A stretch of DNA of 24,000 nt from Ulvibacterium marinum (GCF_003626755.1 NZ_RBCJ01000003.1:167859-191858); one strand, 5' to 3'; shown: positions 8,186 to 16,987, numbered from the stretch's first letter. Program-made: numbers and translations. Notes: generated by a model not told the origin, from the letters alone.

Positions 8186-8199
8186 TACAAAATCGTTGC

Positions 8200-9477
8200 A
8201 TGAACCTACCCAAGACGGACCAAAAGAGAGTGGTCATTATAGGTGGTGGATTTGCTGGAATATCGTTGGCAAAAAAGCTTAAAAATTTGGATGTGCAAGT
8301 GGTCATGATAGACAAGCACAACTACCACACTTTTCAACCCTTACTTTATCAAGTATCCACTAGCGGTTTGGAGCCGGATTCCATTGCTTATCCAATTCGT
8401 AAAGTACTAAAACGTCTTAAAAACTTTCATTTTCGATGGGCAACGGTAGAGCATATAGAGCCGGAGAATAATCGAGTAATCACCAATATTGGTGAGCTTT
8501 CTTATGACTATCTGATCGTTGCTACTGGGACCAAGACCAACTTTTTTGGCAATGCAACCATTGCGGAACATGCCATGCCCATGAAAAATGTACCACAGGC
8601 TCTTAACATACGGAGTTTGATGCTGCAAAATTTTGAAAAGGCGGATGATTGTGATGACTTGGAAGAACGAAAGGCCTTGCTCAACTTTTGTATCGTGGGC
8701 GCAGGCCCAACGGGAGTTGAACTCGCCGGCGCGTTCGCAGAATTGAAACGCCATGTATTTCCTAGGGATTACAGACATCTAAATATAGATGAAATGGAGA
8801 TACATCTCTTTGAAGGTGCCGATAGGATTTTGCCTCCTATGAGTGAACAAGCCTCCAAAAAAGCAACCAAATTTTTGGAGGAATTAGGGGTAAAAATTCT
8901 TCTAAACACTTTGGTACAGGATTTTAACGGGGGGATACTCACTATGAACAGCGGAGAGCAAATGCGCACCAAAAATTTTATTTGGACGGCAGGTGTAACA
9001 GGCGCTGCAATTGAAGGTATAGATTCCTCTTCCGTAATGGAACGGCTTAATCGATTTAAAGTAAATCGATTTAATCAGGTAGAGAATTACAAGAACATAT
9101 TTGCCATAGGCGATGTGGCCTATATGGAAACGGAACACTATCCAAAGGGGCATCCCCAAGTGGCCCAACCGGCCATACAACAAGGGGAGCTTTTGGCAAA
9201 AAACTTAAAACTGCTCTTGGAGGAGAAACCTATGGAACCTTTTACCTATAACGATAAGGGAACCATGGCCACTGTCGGTAGGAACAAAGCCGTTGTGGAT
9301 TTGCACAGATTAAAGTTTGGTGGATTCTTCGCCTGGTTTATTTGGATGTTCGTGCATTTGATGGCCCTGGTAGGTTTCCGAAATAGGGTCATCGTATTTT
9401 TTAACTGGGCGTACAACTATATCAATTATGACAAGGCGGCTAGGCTTATCGTTAGGCCCTTTAGGCCCAAAACATAA
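8200..9477 (+). CDS. ndh: type II NADH:quinone oxidoreductase (NDH-2)
   Basis: 425-aa ORF with two dinucleotide-binding motifs (VVIIGGGFAG and IVGAGPTGVELAG), GDVA near the C-terminal third, and a C-terminal amphipathic or hydrophobic tail. Confidence 0.85.
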   Translation: MNLPKTDQKRVVIIGGGFAGISLAKKLKNLDVQVVMIDKHNYHTFQPLLYQVSTSGLEPDSIAYPIRKVLKRLKNFHFRWATVEHIEPENNRVITNIGELSYDYLIVATGTKTNFFGNATIAEHAMPMKNVPQALNIRSLMLQNFEKADDCDDLEERKALLNFCIVGAGPTGVELAGAFAELKRHVFPRDYRHLNIDEMEIHLFEGADRILPPMSEQASKKATKFLEELGVKILLNTLVQDFNGGILTMNSGEQMRTKNFIWTAGVTGAAIEGIDSSSVMERLNRFKVNRFNQVENYKNIFAIGDVAYMETEHYPKGHPQVAQPAIQQGELLAKNLKLLLEEKPMEPFTYNDKGTMATVGRNKAVVDLHRLKFGGFFAWFIWMFVHLMALVGFRNRVIVFFNWAYNYINYDKAARLIVRPFRPKT

Positions 9478-9515
9478 AAGACGGCCGGTTTAGTCATTTT
9501 GTTGAAAACCTTTGT

Positions 9516-9523
9516 TATATTTG
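9516..9523 (+). promoter_or_regulatory. -7 promoter motif (TATATTTG) in the ndh-hmgA spacer
   Basis: Exact TAnnTTTG match 39 nt after the ndh stop. No well-spaced -33 TTG is present. No ORF follows before the terminator at 9571..9597. Confidence 0.35.
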
Positions 9524-9528
9524 CAACG

Positions 9529-9597
9529 TTGTGTTGTGACCCATGACCGTTAAGGTCAGGGCCAATGAAAGGCTTTCCATAATGGGAGGCTTTTTTT
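9529..9597 (+). ncRNA. candidate small RNA (promoter-to-terminator unit of about 70 nt), unclassified
   Basis: Bounded by the -7 box at 9516..9523 and the terminator at 9571..9597. Inside it, TGACC occurs twice (9537..9541 and 9544..9548), competing for a single GGTCA (9554..9558). There is no coding potential. Alternatively it is just the ndh 3' UTR. Confidence 0.25.
9571..9597 (+). terminator. Rho-independent terminator
   Basis: GGCTTTCC-ATAAT-GGGAGGC forms a 7-bp stem (2 G-U pairs) followed by TTTTTTT. It is preceded by AAA, so it may work in both directions. Confidence 0.6.
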
Positions 9598-9841
9598 GTG
9601 GATGATATTCCACCTTTGGAATTCGGATTAAATTAAATTTCTCCCAAAAATCACTTTTAGACCTACATTATCAATCTTTCGGAAATTCGATGGATAACCA
9701 TACAAAATCCCAACTTTCGCGACACTTGTACTAGATATAATCAACTGATTGTCAAATGTTTTGATAATATTACAATTCTCTAAATCTATAAAATATCTGT
9801 TTAATTTATTGTATTTTTAAAAGAGTCAAAAATTCGCTGTT

Positions 9842-10999
9842 ATGCCATTGTATCACAAATTGGGCAAGATACCCCGGAAACGACATACTATTTTCAAAAA
9901 GGACGATGGAACCTTACATTATGAGCAGTTGTTCGGTACCATTGGCTTTGATGGAATGTCTTCTTTATTATACCATTTGCATAGGCCTACACAGGTCAAG
10001 GCCGTTCAAACAGTCGTAGATGTTGCTCCCAAAGCCGCAGTGGAATATAATATAGCTTCTCGATTATTAAAGGGTTTTGAAATACAACCCGAAGAGGATT
10101 ACCTGAAAAGCCGAAAAACGGTTTTGTTCAATTCGGATGTACATGTGGCTTTGGCCGCGCCTAAAAGCTCGGTCACCGATTATTTTTATAAAAATGCGGA
10201 TGCAGATGAACTCCTTTTCATCCACAAGGGAACAGGTACCTTAAAGACCTTGTTAGGAGAAATCTCTTTTGAATATGGGGATTACCTTTTAATTCCTCGG
10301 GGGATGATTTACCAAATTGAGTTTGATAGCGCAGACAACCGACTGCTCGTTACGGAAAGTTACCACCCCATTTATACGCCGAAACGTTACCGCAATTGGT
10401 TTGGGCAACATTTGGAACATTCTCCCTTTTGCGAACGGGATTTCAAGCTACCTCAAAATTTACATACCAATGACGAAAAAGGCGAGTTTTTACTCAAGAT
10501 AAAAAAGCAGGGACAATTGCACCATGTGGTTTATGCAACGCATCCTTTCGACGTAGTGGGCTGGGACGGCTATAATTATCCCTATGGATTTTCCATTCAT
10601 AATTTTGAACCGATTACGGGACGGGTACACCAACCGCCACCAGTGCACCAGACTTTTGAGACCTCGGCATTTGTGGTCTGTTCATTTGTACCGCGATTGT
10701 ACGACTATCATCCGCAGGCCATTCCCGCTCCTTACAACCATTCGAATATTGATTCCGATGAAGTCTTGTATTATGTAGATGGGGATTTCATGAGCCGTAA
10801 GAATATTGATAAGGGATACATCTCCCTACATCCTGCAGGTATTCCCCATGGGCCGCATCCGGGCACCTATGAAGCCAGTATTGGGAAAGCCAAGACGGAA
10901 GAATTGGCCGTGATGATCGATACTTTTAAACCATTACAACTTACACAGGCGGCCTTGGATATTGATGACGGAAAGTATTATAAGAGTTGGTTGGAATAG
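9842..10999 (+). CDS. hmgA: homogentisate 1,2-dioxygenase
   Basis: 385-aa ORF. The N-terminus (YHKLGKIPRKRHT...YEQLFG) and the C-terminal metal-site region (YNHSNIDSDEVLYY...LHPAGIPHGPHPG) match the HgmA family, in the short Bacteroidota form. Confidence 0.85.
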   Translation: MPLYHKLGKIPRKRHTIFKKDDGTLHYEQLFGTIGFDGMSSLLYHLHRPTQVKAVQTVVDVAPKAAVEYNIASRLLKGFEIQPEEDYLKSRKTVLFNSDVHVALAAPKSSVTDYFYKNADADELLFIHKGTGTLKTLLGEISFEYGDYLLIPRGMIYQIEFDSADNRLLVTESYHPIYTPKRYRNWFGQHLEHSPFCERDFKLPQNLHTNDEKGEFLLKIKKQGQLHHVVYATHPFDVVGWDGYNYPYGFSIHNFEPITGRVHQPPPVHQTFETSAFVVCSFVPRLYDYHPQAIPAPYNHSNIDSDEVLYYVDGDFMSRKNIDKGYISLHPAGIPHGPHPGTYEASIGKAKTEELAVMIDTFKPLQLTQAALDIDDGKYYKSWLE

Positions 11000-11959
11000 C
11001 TAGCCAATTTGCTGAGTTATATAATGGATCAACGAAGCCGCCAATTTTGCGGTACGGTTATCAATATCATATTTAGGATTCATTTCAGCAATATCCATAC
11101 TTATTAATTTTTGTGAAGGCAGAATAACTTTTAAGCACTCCAAAACAATGTCCGGTGAAAACCCCATAGGGGAGGAGGCACTAACTCCTGGAGCATAGGC
11201 TGATGAAAATCCGTCTAGGTCAATAGTCATGTATAAGGCATCTACTTTGGCAATAAATGTGTGAAGTTCCTGTTTAACGGCCTTCCAATATCGAAGATGA
11301 AAGCGTTCGTTTTCAAGATAGCTTACATCAAGTTTGTTAGCTGTTTGAAATAAAACCTTGTCATTGGCATCCTTTCGGATTCCAAGACATAAATAGTTAA
11401 AGCCAGCTCCATTGGCTTTGCATTCTTGGGCGATTTGGTAAAAAGGCGTTCCTGAGTTGTTGGCGTTGGCGTTGTTTCTTAGGTCAAAATGCGCATCAAA
11501 ATTGATAATACCTATGGACCTGCTTCCGTTCAAAAACTTTTTGATGCCTTGGAAATGTCCATAGGCCATATCATGACCTCCGCCCAATACCATTGGGAAT
11601 AGACTTTTCTTCAAAAGTTGGGCTAGTTTTTCCGAAAGTGCATTTTGGGTTTCTTCCATGTCTCCCTCCGCACATTGAATGGAACCCATATCAAACAACT
11701 TTGTATTCAGATTCAGATGATTGGGCATTTTCCCCAATTGGCTCCGAATGGCATCCGGGCCTTCTACCGCCCCGATCCTTCCTTGGTTTCGCCTTACCCC
11801 TTCATCGCAGGCGTAACCCAAGATTGCGATTGTTTTTGAAGTAGCGTCTGGAACGATTGAATCCAGATCAGTATATTTTACGATTTCATGTAGATACAGG
11901 TTTTTGCCGGATTTTCTTCCTGTCCAAATTTCGGGATTCGTTGGATTGTAAATAGGCAT
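11000..11959 (-). CDS. hutG: formimidoylglutamase (arginase-fold)
   Basis: 319-aa ORF with ureohydrolase Mn-site motifs GGGHDMAYG, NFDAHFDLR and MTIDLDGFS. It starts 2 nt after the hutU stop. Confidence 0.85.
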   Translation of the reverse strand: MPIYNPTNPEIWTGRKSGKNLYLHEIVKYTDLDSIVPDATSKTIAILGYACDEGVRRNQGRIGAVEGPDAIRSQLGKMPNHLNLNTKLFDMGSIQCAEGDMEETQNALSEKLAQLLKKSLFPMVLGGGHDMAYGHFQGIKKFLNGSRSIGIINFDAHFDLRNNANANNSGTPFYQIAQECKANGAGFNYLCLGIRKDANDKVLFQTANKLDVSYLENERFHLRYWKAVKQELHTFIAKVDALYMTIDLDGFSSAYAPGVSASSPMGFSPDIVLECLKVILPSQKLISMDIAEMNPKYDIDNRTAKLAASLIHYITQQIG

Positions 11960-11961
11960 AG

Positions 11962-13965
11962 TTAATCGAACAATTTTTCAAGTATTCCGTCTTCCACCAA
12001 ATGGGATATCGTAACCTTTAATTCCGGAGTTCGTTCCATTTCACGTTGAATGGCAAAAAGCGCTTCCTTGTTCCGTGCCCAACTTCGCCGGGCGATACCG
12101 TTGTTTACATCATAAAACAACATATTCCGTACATTTTTTGAGGCTTCCTCGGAACCATCGAGCAACAGACCAAATCCCCCATTGATGACTTCGCCCCATC
12201 CAACACCCCCACCATTGTGGATGGAGACCCAGGTCGCTCCCCGAAAGCTGTCACCGATAACATTATGTATGGCCATATCCGAAGTAAATTGGCTTCCGTC
12301 ATAGATGTTACTGGTTTCCCGGAATGGGGAATCCGTTCCGCTAACATCATGATGATCCCTTCCCAAAACAATAGGAGCCGAAATCGCCCCGTTTTTTATG
12401 GCACTATTAAAAGCTTCGGCTATTTTGACCCTGCCTTCTGCATCGGCATATAGAATCCGAGCTTGGGAACCCACGACCAATCGGTTCTGATTTGCCTCGG
12501 AAATCCACTTGATGTTGTCCTGCATTTGCTGTTGGATTTCCTCCGGGGCATTTGATTTGATTTTCTGCATTTCCTCCAAGGCCAAGGCATCGGTTTTTTG
12601 AAGGTCAGCGGGATTACCGGAAGTACAAACCCATCGGAATGGCCCAAAACCATAATCGAAACACATAGGCCCTAAAATGTCCTGAACGTAGCTGGGGTAT
12701 TTGAAATCAATCTTGTTATCCGCCATTACTTTGGCCCCCGCACGGGAAGCCTCCAGCAAAAAAGCATTGCCATAATCAAAGAAATAGGTTCCTTTTTTGG
12801 CATGTTGGTTTATAGCATCTACCTGTCTTCGAAGCGATTCTTTAACTTTCTCCTTAAAGAGTCCTGGATTTTTGGTCATTAACTGGTTGGATTCCTCAAA
12901 ACTATATCCAGCAGGATAATATCCCCCTGCCCATGGATTGTGCAAAGAAGTCTGGTCGGAACCCAAGTGAACAAAAATATTCTCCGCAAAGAAACGTTCC
13001 CATACATCTACAACGTTTCCAATATAGGCCAACGATACGGCTTCACTGCTCTTTTGGGCTTCCTTGGTACGTGATACTAGCTCATCAAGATTATCGATTA
13101 ACACATCTACCCAGCCTTGGTCATATCTTTTTCTGGCCGCAGTGGGATTTACTTCCGCGCAGACAGTGATACATCCCGCTATATTTCCGGCCTTGGGCTG
13201 GGCACCGCTCATTCCGCCTAGTCCGGCGGTCAGGAACACTTTTCCGGCCGGGGTTTCATCCTTTTTTAGTACTTTCCGAAAGGCATTCATTACCGTAATG
13301 GCCGTGCCGTGTACAATCCCCTGCGGCCCGATATACATGTAGGAACCTGCGGTCATCTGCCCGTATTGGGTGACGCCTAGTGCATTGTATTTTTCCCAAT
13401 CATCCGGTTTGGAGTAATTGGGAATCATCATCCCGTTGGTAATGACTACCCTAGGGGCCTCCTTTGCCGACGGAAAAAGTCCCATTGGGTGACCCGAGTA
13501 CATATGCAGGGTTTGTTCCTCCGTCATCGTGGCCAAATAGTACATGGCTAAAAGATACTGTGCCCAGTTTTGGAAAACCGCGCCGTTGCCACCATAGGTT
13601 ATCAATTCTTCGGGGTGTTGAGCAACTTTGGGATCCAGATTATTCTGGATCATCAACATGATGGCCGCCGCCTTTTTTGTTTTCGCCGGGTATGCATCAA
13701 TCGGCCGGGCATACATTTCGTAGTCCGGCTTAAAACGATACATATAGATCCGGCCATAGGCCTTTAACTCTTCCGCGAATTCCTTTGAAAGCTCATAATG
13801 CCATGACTCCGGAAAGTAACGTAGGGCATTACGAATGGCCAATTTTTTTTCTTCCCGGGATAATAGGTCTTTTCGCCTGGGCGCATGATTTGCGTCTTTT
13901 GAGTAACTCCTTATGGGAGGAAGCTTAGTAGGAATACCCTGAAGTATCTGTTCTTTAAAAGTCAT
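11962..13965 (-). CDS. hutU: urocanate hydratase (long Bacteroidota form)
   Basis: The ORF contains GLGGMSGAQPKAG and VSIHNGGGVGWGE urocanase motifs. The track start is TTG 13983. I prefer ATG 13965 (MTFKEQILQGIP...). Confidence 0.9.
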   Translation of the reverse strand: MTFKEQILQGIPTKLPPIRSYSKDANHAPRRKDLLSREEKKLAIRNALRYFPESWHYELSKEFAEELKAYGRIYMYRFKPDYEMYARPIDAYPAKTKKAAAIMLMIQNNLDPKVAQHPEELITYGGNGAVFQNWAQYLLAMYYLATMTEEQTLHMYSGHPMGLFPSAKEAPRVVITNGMMIPNYSKPDDWEKYNALGVTQYGQMTAGSYMYIGPQGIVHGTAITVMNAFRKVLKKDETPAGKVFLTAGLGGMSGAQPKAGNIAGCITVCAEVNPTAARKRYDQGWVDVLIDNLDELVSRTKEAQKSSEAVSLAYIGNVVDVWERFFAENIFVHLGSDQTSLHNPWAGGYYPAGYSFEESNQLMTKNPGLFKEKVKESLRRQVDAINQHAKKGTYFFDYGNAFLLEASRAGAKVMADNKIDFKYPSYVQDILGPMCFDYGFGPFRWVCTSGNPADLQKTDALALEEMQKIKSNAPEEIQQQMQDNIKWISEANQNRLVVGSQARILYADAEGRVKIAEAFNSAIKNGAISAPIVLGRDHHDVSGTDSPFRETSNIYDGSQFTSDMAIHNVIGDSFRGATWVSIHNGGGVGWGEVINGGFGLLLDGSEEASKNVRNMLFYDVNNGIARRSWARNKEALFAIQREMERTPELKVTISHLVEDGILEKLFD

Positions 13966-14023
13966 GTTCGTTTTATCCTGCAATTTATATTTTGCATTTT
14001 TTTCTATCCACTTCGCGTTTTTT

Positions 14024-14073
14024 ACTTACCACTTACCACTTACCACTTACCACTTACCACTTACCACTTACCA
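14024..14073 (-). repeat. perfect heptanucleotide tandem array, (ACTTACC)x7 on + strand = (GGTAAGT)x7 in hut mRNA sense
   Basis: Counted directly: 7 identical units at 14024..14072, with no G on the + strand. It lies in the 117-nt hutI-hutU spacer and begins about 10 nt after the hutI stop. Confidence 0.95.
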
Positions 14074-14082
14074 TTTCTTACT

Positions 14083-15342
14083 TCAACCCTTATGTCTATC
14101 AAAAATCAGTTCTCCATTTTTCCACACCATACACGGTTTTAAATTTCCCTGGTTATAGAGAATTTCGGAATAGTTGTTTGTATGGAAAACGGCAAGATCG
14201 GCCAAATAACCTTTGGCTAATTGGCCCCTATCCGATAGGTTGAGGGCCGCCGAGGCGCGAAAAGTTATGCCCGCGAGCACTTCCGTATTGGACAGTTTTT
14301 CAAAAGCTCCCAAAATGGTGGCTTGGGTCAATAAATCCCCCATTGGGGCCGACCCCGGGTTGTGGTCGCTAGCAATGGCCAGAGCCCCGCCAGCATCGAG
14401 AATCTTTCGGGCAGGTGCAAAATTACAGCCCAGTCCCAAGGAAGCTCCAGGTAATGCAGTGGCAATGACCTTACTTTTGGCCAATAGTTCAATTTCTTTT
14501 TGGGTGCTCGCCTCAAGGTGATCTGCACTGAGCGCATCAAACTGAATAGCAACTTCGCTACCACCTGTAGAGAATTGATCGGCATGGACGGTAACGTCAA
14601 ACCCCATGTCTTTAGCTCTTTTAAAATAAGGTGCAATTTGCTTTGCCGAAAAGGCGCTTTCTTCAATGAAGGCATCAATCCGATGGGCTAAGCCCTCCTC
14701 TCTAAGTTTGGGAAAAAGTACAGTTCCAATCTCCGTTAAATAGTCATCCACACTTCCAGGATAATCCTTGGGCAGCATATGTGCTGCCAAGCAGGTAGGT
14801 ATTAAATCTATGGGAAGGATTTCGTTGGCCTCCTTTATGGCATATAACATTTTGAGTTCCTCATCTACAGACAGCCCGTAACCACTTTTGACCTCCAATG
14901 TGGTCGTTCCATTTTTAAAGTGGCGCTTTGCGAGTTTAACCGTATGTTTAGCAAGTTTATCTTTTGTGGCTTTTCGGGTTTGGGTCACCGTATCCCAGAT
15001 ACCACCGCCGGCCTTGGCGATTTCTAGATACGTCTTTCCTGAATTTCGCAACGCATAGTCATTGGCCCGGGAACCTCCAAAGCATATATGCGTATGGGCA
15101 TCTACCAAACCTGGCAAACAGACATGGTCGCCCTCCAAACGAATGATTTCGGTACCGGTTCCTTTGAAATCTGTCAGTAGCTCGGAAAATTTCCCTATGG
15201 AATCTATTTTGTCCTCTACAACCAGAATTCCCGCTTCGGATATAACCGCTAGTTCAGTATCTGGAATAGCACCCTTTAGGGGTAGGCCGGTCATGGGAAT
15301 AACTTGTCTAAAGGGACCGATTAGTTTTTTAACACCTGTCAT
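14083..15342 (-). CDS. hutI: imidazolonepropionase
   Basis: Amidohydrolase motifs VDAHTHI, VHADQ and IASDHNPGS. The track start is TTG 15357. ATG 15342 (MTGVKKLIGPF...) sits 1 nt after the hutH stop and is preferred. Confidence 0.9.
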   Translation of the reverse strand: MTGVKKLIGPFRQVIPMTGLPLKGAIPDTELAVISEAGILVVEDKIDSIGKFSELLTDFKGTGTEIIRLEGDHVCLPGLVDAHTHICFGGSRANDYALRNSGKTYLEIAKAGGGIWDTVTQTRKATKDKLAKHTVKLAKRHFKNGTTTLEVKSGYGLSVDEELKMLYAIKEANEILPIDLIPTCLAAHMLPKDYPGSVDDYLTEIGTVLFPKLREEGLAHRIDAFIEESAFSAKQIAPYFKRAKDMGFDVTVHADQFSTGGSEVAIQFDALSADHLEASTQKEIELLAKSKVIATALPGASLGLGCNFAPARKILDAGGALAIASDHNPGSAPMGDLLTQATILGAFEKLSNTEVLAGITFRASAALNLSDRGQLAKGYLADLAVFHTNNYSEILYNQGNLKPCMVWKNGELIFDRHKG

Positions 15343-15343
15343 T

Positions 15344-16924
15344 TTAGTATTTTTCAAATTCCTCGGAATAAGGAGTCTCCAAGGAGATATTCTTCTTTTT
15401 CCGTGTTTCCTCGATAATCGAAATCAAGAACTTTGATCGTATTAATTCGATTCCTATTTCAATATCTTTCGCAAAAACCCTATCCTCCTCTGCAAAGGCT
15501 ACTACTTTACGAACTTCCTTATGGATTTCATCCAACAAAATCCCCGATTTTAAAGGTTTTCGAAATTCGAATGCCTGTGCAGCGGTCAGTAATTCAATCG
15601 CCAAAATCTTTTCCACGTTTTCTATAACCTGCAGTGCTTTTCTTCCAGAGATAGATCCCATACTTACATGGTCTTCCTGTCCCAAGGATGTGGGAATACT
15701 ATCGGCACTTGCAGGAAAACACAATCCCTTATTTTCACTGGCCAACGCTGCAGCCGTATATTGTAGAATCATGTAACCCGAATTGATACCGGTATCCTCC
15801 ATTAATAATTTGGGAACCCCAGGGCTATTGCCTTCCAAGGCCAAATATATCCGTCTATCCGAGATGTTGCCTAGTTCCGAAGATGCCAAACAAACATAAT
15901 CCAAAGCCATGGCCAAGGGCTGGCCATGAAAGTTGCCCCCGCTTATGGTGAGATCTTCTTCGAAAATGACCGGATTGTCCGTAACCGCATTCAATTCTGT
16001 CTCCAAAAGCTCCTTTAAATGCAACCATGCATTTCGTGAAGCACCATGTACCTGAGGAATACAGCGCAGCGAATAAGGGTCCTGCACCCGTTCACAATCG
16101 ATATGGGCTTCCATGATTTCCGAACCCTTGAGCAATCGTTTTACCCTTTTGGCCACGTGTATATTTCCCTTGAAAGGACGGAGGACATGTAATTCGTTGT
16201 AAAAGGGCTTAATGGATCCCTGTAGGCCTTCTATCATCATGGCTCCTATGATATCCGCCTGGGCAAGGCATGCCTGCATTTTTTCGATTACTGCAACGGC
16301 ATGGGCAGCTATGAATTGTGTTCCGTTTATTAATGCCAAGCCCTCTTTTGGGCCCAGTTCCAAGGCCTTCAACCCCTCTTTTTTAAAAAAAGTGGAAGTG
16401 TCCAAAACCTCTTCTTTATGGGCTACTTTTCCCAATCCAATAAGCGGAAGGAAAAGATGGGCCAAAGGAGCCAGATCACCGGATGCGCCTACAGAGCCTT
16501 GTGAGGGAACCATTGGAATTACATCATTTTCTAAATGCCAAAGAATTCGATCCATCGTTGTCTCTGCAATCCCGGAATACCCTTTGGCAAGTGAATGCAA
16601 TTTTAAAACCAACATTAATTTGGCAATTTCTGTATCGATAGCTGGTCCAACTCCAACCGCATGACTTTTTAAGATATTGGATTGCAGTATTTTGGTTTCC
16701 TCCTTGGAGATACTGGTGGTACACAATGGCCCGAACCCCGTATTAATACCATATACCGGATGGCCCTGTTCCACAATGACATGTACCATTTTTTGGCTTG
16801 CTCTAAGCTTGGTTCGGGATTCCTCGGGAATTTCTCCAGTAATCTCACCTCTAACTAGGGCAAGGGCAATGCCAGCGGTAAGATGTTCTTGGCCAAAGAG
16901 GAATTTTTTTGATTTCGATACCAT
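15344..16924 (-). CDS. hutH: histidine ammonia-lyase
   Basis: 526-aa ORF with the MIO-forming Ala-Ser-Gly in GSVGASGDLAPLAHL and typical HAL/PAL family flanks. Confidence 0.9.
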   Translation of the reverse strand: MVSKSKKFLFGQEHLTAGIALALVRGEITGEIPEESRTKLRASQKMVHVIVEQGHPVYGINTGFGPLCTTSISKEETKILQSNILKSHAVGVGPAIDTEIAKLMLVLKLHSLAKGYSGIAETTMDRILWHLENDVIPMVPSQGSVGASGDLAPLAHLFLPLIGLGKVAHKEEVLDTSTFFKKEGLKALELGPKEGLALINGTQFIAAHAVAVIEKMQACLAQADIIGAMMIEGLQGSIKPFYNELHVLRPFKGNIHVAKRVKRLLKGSEIMEAHIDCERVQDPYSLRCIPQVHGASRNAWLHLKELLETELNAVTDNPVIFEEDLTISGGNFHGQPLAMALDYVCLASSELGNISDRRIYLALEGNSPGVPKLLMEDTGINSGYMILQYTAAALASENKGLCFPASADSIPTSLGQEDHVSMGSISGRKALQVIENVEKILAIELLTAAQAFEFRKPLKSGILLDEIHKEVRKVVAFAEEDRVFAKDIEIGIELIRSKFLISIIEETRKKKNISLETPYSEEFEKY

Positions 16925-16987
16925 TCAGACTATATTTCAGGACCCTAAATGTATTCATTAAGTTTGATATTGTTAAATATATAACAT

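Noticed and set aside
7832-8190. Track ORFs 7832..8023 (+) and 7963..8190 (-)
   Set aside because: They overlap the more coherent two-TM ORF at 7881..8108. Their composition is not protein-like and they run through the ndh promoter region.
13966-13983. TTG 13983 as the hutU start, and likewise TTG 15357 for hutI
   Set aside because: Downstream ATGs (13965 and 15342) give conventional N-termini. For hutI the ATG sits 1 nt after the hutH stop. The longer forms cannot be excluded without homolog alignment.
14024-14073. The heptamer arrays here and at 23619..23660 as CRISPR or other defence-type repeats
   Set aside because: The units are 7 nt long and directly adjacent with no spacers, and there are no cas genes. 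These are microsatellite-type tandem repeats.
13964-14243. Plus-strand ORFs translating the heptamer array as TYHLPLTTYHLPLT...
   Set aside because: The repeat peptide is an artefact of reading a 7-nt tandem repeat. Both ORFs also run antisense into hutI.
16212-16664. 150-aa plus-strand ORF inside hutH, and similar antisense ORFs inside hutU, hutI, ccoI, ndh and blaR1-like
   Set aside because: They are antisense to long ORFs with clear catalytic motifs. There is no independent support.
16934-16950. Imperfect 17-bp palindrome ATTTCAGGACCCTAAAT between hutH and the nitroreductase gene, as a possible hut operator
   Set aside because: Only 6 of 8 arm positions pair, and I saw no second copy. 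That is not enough to distinguish it from chance in AT-rich DNA.
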